From a virus, in UHGV virus genome UHGV-0178594: a stretch of 64,000 bases of DNA. The stretch is one strand, 5' to 3'. The notes beneath the pieces were generated by a model that worked only from the letters and a program-made list of their open reading frames with translations, was not told the DNA's origin and did no database searches. Shown here piece by piece: positions 58,095-64,000 of the stretch (position 1 is the first letter of the stretch; each line of letters opens with the position of its first letter). The translations under genes were made by a program, and so were the position numbers.

Positions 58095-58117
58095 TGTTAG
58101 AAAATTAATTTATGAAT
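58095..58117. promoter_or_regulatory. Operator-like element TGTTAGAAAATTAATTTATGAAT overlapping the dre stop codon
   Basis: 19 of 23 positions identical, in one run, to the element at 39196. Confidence 0.4.
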
Positions 58118-59138
58118 CCATCAGGCGACTATTTGCACCAACGGATGCCCCGCTACGGCGCAAATATCGCATAAGTGTTTCGGGCTTTTTCCATGTGCCT
58201 TCCTGCATGATCTCGACCATTGACACCTGTTTCTCAGCCATATCAATTGCCGCACCAACACGCGCACTATGGCCTGTCCACGTCCGGTATCTTCCTTTGT
58301 TCGGCGTGGCATCTCGTTTGTTCAGCAACCCCCAGGCATCGCTGAATATTTTCTCCATTGCAGGTGCAGTAAGGGGAGTTGTCGTGATTCTGGCCTTATT
58401 ACTGCGGTGTATTGGCGGGAATAGCACCGCGTCCGGATGTTGACGAAGTCCGGACACCTCCAGCCAGTCGTTCAGTACGGCGGTAGTGCAACGAGAAAGC
58501 ACCTTATCAAGTCCGGCGGCGGTCGTGATGGTCTTCGTGTGCGAAATATGCAGCGTTACAGTGTCACCTGTTTGGTCCAGATCTCCGACGCGGATGCGCG
58601 AGATTTCTGACATACGCATCAGGGTATTGTATGCCACGAAGAGAAACGCCCGATTGCGCAGGTCCACCAGCCGCTCGGAACGGGACAGCAATACGTCGAG
58701 CAATTTCAGATCATCCCACCGCAACGGTATAGCCTGGCCTGTTCGCTCGCCTTTTTCCGTTGCCGCTTCGCGCCGGATGCGCCGCATGGCCAGAGACACA
58801 CTTTTATCGTCCGACAGCGGCGGGAGGCCACATTGCGAAAGCAGCATGTTAAGCATGGCATAGTGCTTATCAATGGTGGTCGAAGCCAGATCGGCCTCAT
58901 GCAACTGGAGAAGATACTCGCGGGCCATTTCCGACGTAATCGGGAACCAGGGGCGCTGGCGCGAGTTACACCACCGCGCCCAGGAATGAAACACCAGACG
59001 GAGATCACGAAGTGTATTTGGGGCATAAGCTCCCTGGTCGTTCATGAACTGCATAAAGTTTTTTGCAGCTTCCTGGTATTCGGTGCCAATATCGCGCAGA
59101 AAACCACCAGAACCGCCGGAGATAACTAGTTCACCCAT
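58110..59138 (-). CDS. dre: Cre-family tyrosine recombinase (Dre-type)
   Basis: Collinear with remembered Cre (..WFP..DVR.YLL.LQ..GLA..TI..H...LNML.., ..RNLAF..AYNTL.R..EI.RIRV.D.., ..WSGHSARVGAA.DMA..GVS..EIMQ.G.W..); adjacent exact rox site. Confidence 0.85.
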   Translation of the reverse strand: MGELVISGGSGGFLRDIGTEYQEAAKNFMQFMNDQGAYAPNTLRDLRLVFHSWARWCNSRQRPWFPITSEMAREYLLQLHEADLASTTIDKHYAMLNMLLSQCGLPPLSDDKSVSLAMRRIRREAATEKGERTGQAIPLRWDDLKLLDVLLSRSERLVDLRNRAFLFVAYNTLMRMSEISRIRVGDLDQTGDTVTLHISHTKTITTAAGLDKVLSRCTTAVLNDWLEVSGLRQHPDAVLFPPIHRSNKARITTTPLTAPAMEKIFSDAWGLLNKRDATPNKGRYRTWTGHSARVGAAIDMAEKQVSMVEIMQEGTWKKPETLMRYLRRSGASVGANSRLMDS

Positions 59139-59290
59139 GAAACTATTAAACCTCTATATACAGATAACGCTACGTGAAAAATAGAAAACTGACAGGGTAG
59201 TTATAAGTTAATTTTCAAAATTCAAGCCTTTGATTCGAGGCATGATTTTTCATCCTTGTCAATACTGCCAGTTTACTGGAGATTATAGCC

Positions 59291-59322
59291 TAACTTTAAA
59301 TAATGCCAATTATTTAAAGTTA
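59291..59322. other. rox: rox recombination site TAACTTTAAATAATGCCAATTATTTAAAGTTA (14-bp inverted arms, 4-bp spacer)
   Basis: Perfect inverted arms read directly; sequence matches the rox site as I remember it from the Dre/rox system. Confidence 0.85.
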
Positions 59323-59403
59323 GAAATCGGAACTTTTTTCCCAAAAAAACACCGACCAGATCACTTCGCAAATCCGTCAGCCATGCGGTAGCCGCTCCTG
59401 GTT

Positions 59404-59506
59404 ACATTTTCTAATAGGAACAATCAAAAAAAAGCGGTTTTATCCTTTACTCACCTTGTTATTCAGCATAAATTTGTCACAGGACTTTTATGTTAGAAAA
59501 CTAAAT
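59404..59506. promoter_or_regulatory. Two operator-like sites (ACATTTTCTAATAGG at 59404; ATGTTAGAAAACTAAAT at 59490) upstream of the c1-position gene
   Basis: Half-site variants of the recurring motif. Confidence 0.4.
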
Positions 59507-59518
59507 CGAGTAGGAATA

Positions 59519-60556
59519 ATGAGTAAGAAGTCGATCGAGAATGAGTACAAACGGTTCCTGCAAACCGCTGAACGGTGGAAAGAGCTGGTGGTCGCAAACT
59601 CTGTTTTCCATGATACCAGTTATGTTGGCGAGGAATTTCGCCATGTTGCATTAACACATGATCCGGCTGTATTAGAAGAAGCTGAAAAATGCATAGCCGA
59701 ATGGAAAGCCTTTGTTGATCTGTGTCGCAAGGATGATGACAAAGCCTCAAACATTGTTGAGTCGGTTTATTTACCGATCCCATTCATTGTTGAGGATACT
59801 AATCAGAGTACGCACATCGTTATGCAAAGCGCAACCACAACGAGAACATTTACGCGCGAAGACCTGCTGAAAAAATACGATAAAACTATAAAGAAAAGCA
59901 TGAAAAACAGGATATTTTCACAGGTTGTCGGTGCGCTTGAAGAAGAACGCAGATTCTTCGCCGCTGAACGTGAGGGCGAGGTATACCGCGCAAGAAAAGA
60001 AGGTTATACCGATGTGGTGATTACCACCAATATTGAGGGCAACAATGGACTTTCACGCTTCAGAGTGGGTACGCACGGTGCGCTGATCTTTGCAAAAAAA
60101 GCAAACACAGAGATTCCCGTTGTTAACAACGTTGGTGAGCGCCGCACCCTTACCATTTACACTGGCATTAAACCGCTTCCGTGCGGACTTCTCGGCGAAT
60201 TTGACCTTTATCGGGTTCGTGATCTGGAAAAGCAGCAGCCAAGCTACGTCGTGAAGTCATATATCCTGAGAAACATTGATATCCGCAATCAGAGTTTAAA
60301 AAACAAATCAGATAAAATGCTGGCCGAAGCCGATCCAGCCATACACCAGATCGTAAGCCGGAAAATTCAAGAGGCTAAAGATGCAATGGCAAGGCTGGAT
60401 AAAATGGACCTGGAACTACTGGAAGTTATGATTGCCTCCGGCGATGACCTGACAGGCATCCGCCTTACTGAAGCCAGGAAAAAATACGGTAAAAGCGTTG
60501 AAGAACGCTATGGGTACACATTCACACAAACGATGTACGCGGCAAAACTCTGGTAA
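59519..60556 (+). CDS. Immunity repressor candidate by position (c1 locus between rox and pacB); family not recognised
   Basis: 345 aa from ATG 59519 (track lists a TTG-initiated 59456 start); convergent with pacB as c1 is in P1; longer than P1 C1, so identity unproven. Confidence 0.35.
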   Translation: MSKKSIENEYKRFLQTAERWKELVVANSVFHDTSYVGEEFRHVALTHDPAVLEEAEKCIAEWKAFVDLCRKDDDKASNIVESVYLPIPFIVEDTNQSTHIVMQSATTTRTFTREDLLKKYDKTIKKSMKNRIFSQVVGALEEERRFFAAEREGEVYRARKEGYTDVVITTNIEGNNGLSRFRVGTHGALIFAKKANTEIPVVNNVGERRTLTIYTGIKPLPCGLLGEFDLYRVRDLEKQQPSYVVKSYILRNIDIRNQSLKNKSDKMLAEADPAIHQIVSRKIQEAKDAMARLDKMDLELLEVMIASGDDLTGIRLTEARKKYGKSVEERYGYTFTQTMYAAKLW

Positions 60557-60593
60557 TCGCAAGCCACCCACAAGCCCCGAATCGCCGGGGCTT

Positions 60594-62102
60594 TTAAATG
60601 TCAATATCAGGAATATCCACTTCTGCCAACACCTGATCGCGGAATGTTGCGAGTTCTGCGCCAATGTCTTCATTAGCAGGCACGTAATCCACCAGCATAG
60701 TGAAGCAGTAGGTATCCCATCTGTCCGGTGACTTGATGTTTAACTTCTGCCGCATGTGCTCCTTGCGCATCATCGCTACCTTCCCTTCTTCGTTAAGCAT
60801 ATACGGGATTTTTGATGCCTGATCTGCGGTTTTGGGGTCACTATCGATACGCATACGCCCGGATTTAATGGCATCCCCTGCCATAATATTGGCGTAAGCA
60901 CGCTGATTGACAAAGCGTTCTCTGTCTCTTAGCGCAAACATAGGCTTACCCCAACGGATGCGAACGGGATTAGCACCACGGCGGACAAGCTGCGCACACG
61001 TATCTGAACCAAAGCCATCAGCATCCACAGCAATGGTGATGTTCGGGTATTTATCAGGAGTGCATTCGTTATAGATAAAGTCGGCAAAAGCCAACGGGTC
61101 CATAGTGCCTGGCATCTCCAGTATCTTAAAGTTCACAACGCGTCGTTTCTCACGATAACCGGATACTTTGCATATATTGAGCACCGATTTATCGCGACCA
61201 TTACCGACGTCAGCGGTCGCTACCCAGCCCCAATCTTTCTCCAGCAACACTTTACGCCGTGCGGCGCGGTCGCACTCATCACGACCAAGCAAATACCCGT
61301 TAATTGCACGCGGGAACTGGCCCAGCACCTTAACCATGTACTCCAGCGAATCCCTGCCGCCGTACTCCAGCAATTTCTCACGAATAAAGCTCGGTTCAAC
61401 GAATGGTGATTCTTCAGAGTTAAGGACTATTGCCGTCCAGACACCTTCCGGATTGCCTTCTGCCTTTGCCCTTGAATGGTGAGATTCATAAAAGTAACCG
61501 CTTGGACGCGTAGGCTGGGAAAGCATGAGCATACGGTTATCTTTCTGCGTTAACGCCCCCGTCATGACGTTAATCGCCTTATCGGATATGCCCGATGCTT
61601 CATCAAGAATTAGCAGTAAATGCTCCGCGTGCTCCCCCGCCAGTGCCTCTTCGTTACCGAGTCGATAACCTTTACAGAGCACTTCCCATATCCCTTTACG
61701 GGAACGCTCATAAAACATGGTGTCAGACAGGACAAAATAGGTCTGTAACCAGCCGTGGCGCTTAACAGCATTCGCCCAAAACTGTTTCACGTATTTGAAT
61801 ACGCCTGTTTTTACCTGGCCTATTTTGTTCGCAACAATAATGACGCGGGCGTCGGGGAACAGGATCATAAAAATTAGTAGCAACATCGCGGTAAGGGACG
61901 ACTTACCCGTTCCGTGTCCGGACGTAACGGTCGTCCTGCTTCCCGTCTCCTGCACTGACTGAATGATCTGCTGCTGCTGGTGGGAGGGGAACATCCCAAA
62001 AATATCGACAACCGCCTGGGTAAAGTTGTATCGATACCTGATAACCATATCGCGCCAACGTGGATCACTGGTGACGCACTTAATCTTACGACCACCAGCC
62101 AT
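60594..62102 (-). CDS. Terminase large subunit (PacB-like)
   Basis: P-loop ..TSGHGTGKSS.. near the N-terminus, 502 aa, immediately downstream of the small-subunit gene. Confidence 0.6.
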   Translation of the reverse strand: MAGGRKIKCVTSDPRWRDMVIRYRYNFTQAVVDIFGMFPSHQQQQIIQSVQETGSRTTVTSGHGTGKSSLTAMLLLIFMILFPDARVIIVANKIGQVKTGVFKYVKQFWANAVKRHGWLQTYFVLSDTMFYERSRKGIWEVLCKGYRLGNEEALAGEHAEHLLLILDEASGISDKAINVMTGALTQKDNRMLMLSQPTRPSGYFYESHHSRAKAEGNPEGVWTAIVLNSEESPFVEPSFIREKLLEYGGRDSLEYMVKVLGQFPRAINGYLLGRDECDRAARRKVLLEKDWGWVATADVGNGRDKSVLNICKVSGYREKRRVVNFKILEMPGTMDPLAFADFIYNECTPDKYPNITIAVDADGFGSDTCAQLVRRGANPVRIRWGKPMFALRDRERFVNQRAYANIMAGDAIKSGRMRIDSDPKTADQASKIPYMLNEEGKVAMMRKEHMRQKLNIKSPDRWDTYCFTMLVDYVPANEDIGAELATFRDQVLAEVDIPDIDI

Positions 62103-63466
62103 TAGTCATCCTCCGGCTGGTCTATCGCAATCTCGTCATCTACAGCATCAAAACCGGTATCCCCCGCGTCATAATCACCGTAGATATCAGCCGTGGCGTA
62201 AGGGTCTATATTCAGGTCTTCATCATTGGCCTCAAATTCACCGGCTTTACGTTCTCCGTTCCGGTCGTAATCCCCCATCCCAAGCCTATCAACGATTTTC
62301 GCTACTTCAGCCCGGCGTTGTGCAAGCCATTGTGGGAGTCCAGCTTGTTGCTCGGCAAACTGCTTCGCCTCTTTATCCAGTTGCTCATCATCAACATCGT
62401 TAACGTCAGAAACCGGAGGCTCCAGAAGTGAGATCGCTTTTGCCGCTCGTGCCGCCAGGATAGCCGGGACACTGACGCCCTGCCGCTCGATATATTCAGC
62501 AACACCTATATCATCCAGCTCCTCGCGCTCACGCATACGTATAGCGGCGGCGATAACCCTGGCGGCGCGTGCGTCAGCGCCAATGCGATACTCAATCTCC
62601 TTGCCACGCTGCTCGGCTTGTAGGCGGGCAATCGCCAGTTTTTCTCTGGCCTCAGCCTCCCTGAATGCCTGCTGACGCGCGCCCTGCGCAAGTTTTTCAT
62701 CCCCCTGGCGTAGCTTCTGCTCGTTCTGATAGATGGCTGCCAGCCTGGTGATAAAGTCATTCATGTAGTAGGCCGCATCGCTGATCAGTCCGAGAAGACG
62801 CTGCCCTGGGTGCATCCCCTCTGGCTGTGTATCACCGAGGGCGTCAATCTCTTCCTGTAGTCGCTCCGCTTCCTGGTCAACGATAGCCTGATACTGAATT
62901 GCTCGTTCCTGCGCCATCTGAATCGCAAGTCGTAAATGTTCAGTCGCGCCGTTCTTCATCATCTCACGGGCGACGTTGGTGGCAGGCAAAGTGGTGCTTT
63001 GAGCTGATGAATCAGGGATCATTTGCAATGATCCCTTGTTTCGTTGGGCTTTATCGCTGCTTTTAGGGATCATTTCTCCCATTTCATCACAAAATGATCC
63101 CTTCACATCCTTGTGTATCTTGTTGTTATTACTTGGCTTTTCTTTGTGATCCGCATTTTGTTTTTGCGGCATGGCGCGGAACCGTCCACCAGCCAAAGAT
63201 TTGTCAGTTTTTGTAAATTCTGTGCTTTTATTAGCCTTTTTTTGCTCTTTTTTTGAGCCGGTGGCGCTGCTTTTTGCGCGCTGTTTTGTACTTTTCCCGG
63301 TAGCCTTAGCTTTCGCCTTAACCTCATTTTTTTTCATATTGAGATGCTTTCTGGCGGTGTTAAAGCTGAGGTCATGCTGCTCGCAATATTCTTTTATGGT
63401 GATCCCGGTTTCTTCTCTTAACTCCAGGAACTTAGCTCGATGCGCTTCCCAGTTAATTAACGTCAT
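62102..63466 (-). CDS. Terminase small subunit / pac-recognition protein (PacA-like)
   Basis: N-terminal HTH-like ..ITIKEYCEQHDLSFNTARKHL.., basic linker, GATC-rich pac-like cluster inside the 5' part of the gene. Confidence 0.5.
   Translation of the reverse strand: MTLINWEAHRAKFLELREETGITIKEYCEQHDLSFNTARKHLNMKKNEVKAKAKATGKSTKQRAKSSATGSKKEQKKANKSTEFTKTDKSLAGGRFRAMPQKQNADHKEKPSNNNKIHKDVKGSFCDEMGEMIPKSSDKAQRNKGSLQMIPDSSAQSTTLPATNVAREMMKNGATEHLRLAIQMAQERAIQYQAIVDQEAERLQEEIDALGDTQPEGMHPGQRLLGLISDAAYYMNDFITRLAAIYQNEQKLRQGDEKLAQGARQQAFREAEAREKLAIARLQAEQRGKEIEYRIGADARAARVIAAAIRMREREELDDIGVAEYIERQGVSVPAILAARAAKAISLLEPPVSDVNDVDDEQLDKEAKQFAEQQAGLPQWLAQRRAEVAKIVDRLGMGDYDRNGERKAGEFEANDEDLNIDPYATADIYGDYDAGDTGFDAVDDEIAIDQPEDD
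63014..63102. other. pac-like cluster: four GGGATCATT / AATGATCCC elements with GATC sites at 63017, 63030, 63068, 63096
   Basis: Read directly; resembles the Dam-sensitive hexamer organisation of the P1 pac site. Confidence 0.4.
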
Positions 63467-63855
63467 AGGGAAGCCTCACGTTTTTTCACAGCGGCGTTCC
63501 ATAGCTGGTTAGTCATCGCCACCAACTGACGCTGCTCCTTTCGTAATTGAGCTTCTATCTTTCGGTTGGTGTTTTTCACCAACAGCCGACCGAATTCAGG
63601 AGTGCGCCCGCGCACCTTGAACTGGTATCCATTCAGGCCATGTAACCAATATTTCCGGGGGTATACGCGGTCGTCTATTTCGCAAATGGCACGACTGGAA
63701 CGAACAAAAAAACGTATGATGTTATTTACGTTTACGCGCGACACATGAAGGTGAGGATATTGTGCTTTTGCACGGCTGGTGATTTCGGTGACCGTCAGAT
63801 AGCAGTTAGCCCTGATCATGATATCCGCTATTTCGGCGCTACTGATTTGCTCCAT
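63463..63855 (-). CDS. Hypothetical protein upstream of pacA (position of P1 lpa)
   Basis: 130-aa ORF; positional inference only. Confidence 0.25.
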   Translation of the reverse strand: MEQISSAEIADIMIRANCYLTVTEITSRAKAQYPHLHVSRVNVNNIIRFFVRSSRAICEIDDRVYPRKYWLHGLNGYQFKVRGRTPEFGRLLVKNTNRKIEAQLRKEQRQLVAMTNQLWNAAVKKREASL

Positions 63856-63934
63856 TTATCCCCCGGATAGAAAAAGACCGAGGGGATGATAATCAGCTTG
63901 TTAATACTGAGAAGACTGTCAAAAACACGATCTA

Positions 63935-63963
63935 TTAGAAAATTAATATCAATTTGCTAACAC
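63935..63963. promoter_or_regulatory. Operator-like site TTAGAAAATTAATATCAATTTGCTAACAC upstream of the pac operon
   Basis: Member of the recurring motif family. Confidence 0.4.
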
Positions 63964-64000
63964 TACCAGCGGGATAAACGAACAACATGCTTAACTTTTG

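Noticed and set aside
59291-59322. Reading the recombination site as loxP
   Set aside because: Arms are 14 bp with a 4-bp spacer and the sequence differs from loxP; it fits rox instead
59456-59518. N-terminal extension of the c1-position ORF from the listed 59456 start
   Set aside because: 59456 is a TTG codon without an RBS, whereas ATG 59519 follows GAGTAGGAATA and lies just downstream of the operator-like sites

Overview
This window reads as a mosaic segment of a P1-family (phage D6-like) plasmid-prophage. Nothing here was confirmed by a database search; calls rest on ORF structure plus remembered family motifs. Directly visible hallmarks: an exact 32-bp rox site beside a Cre-family recombinase (Dre); P1-type phd/doc, humD (with a LexA box), hot and ref; pacA/pacB-like terminase genes with a GATC-rich pac-like cluster; an iteron-flanked repA replicon; two partition systems (ParM/ParR and a small Walker ParA with an RHH partner); a fused C5-cytosine/N6-adenine DNA methyltransferase next to rdgC; contractile-tail, baseplate and tail-fibre genes. 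Accessory cargo includes higBA, an orphan HTH antitoxin-like gene followed by an AT-rich membrane protein, a SWIM zinc-finger protein, a ClpX zinc-binding-domain protein, a mosaic paralog family, dUTPase and a Ser/Thr phosphatase. A recurring palindromic operator-like motif (core GTGTTAGAAAAT) marks about ten sites. The best candidates for an undescribed system are the HTH plus membrane-protein pair at 31881-33039 and the ClpX-ZBD protein at 42199-42522, but I cannot establish novelty from sequence alone. The ORF track uses GTG/TTG as well as ATG starts, so many 5' ends are uncertain.
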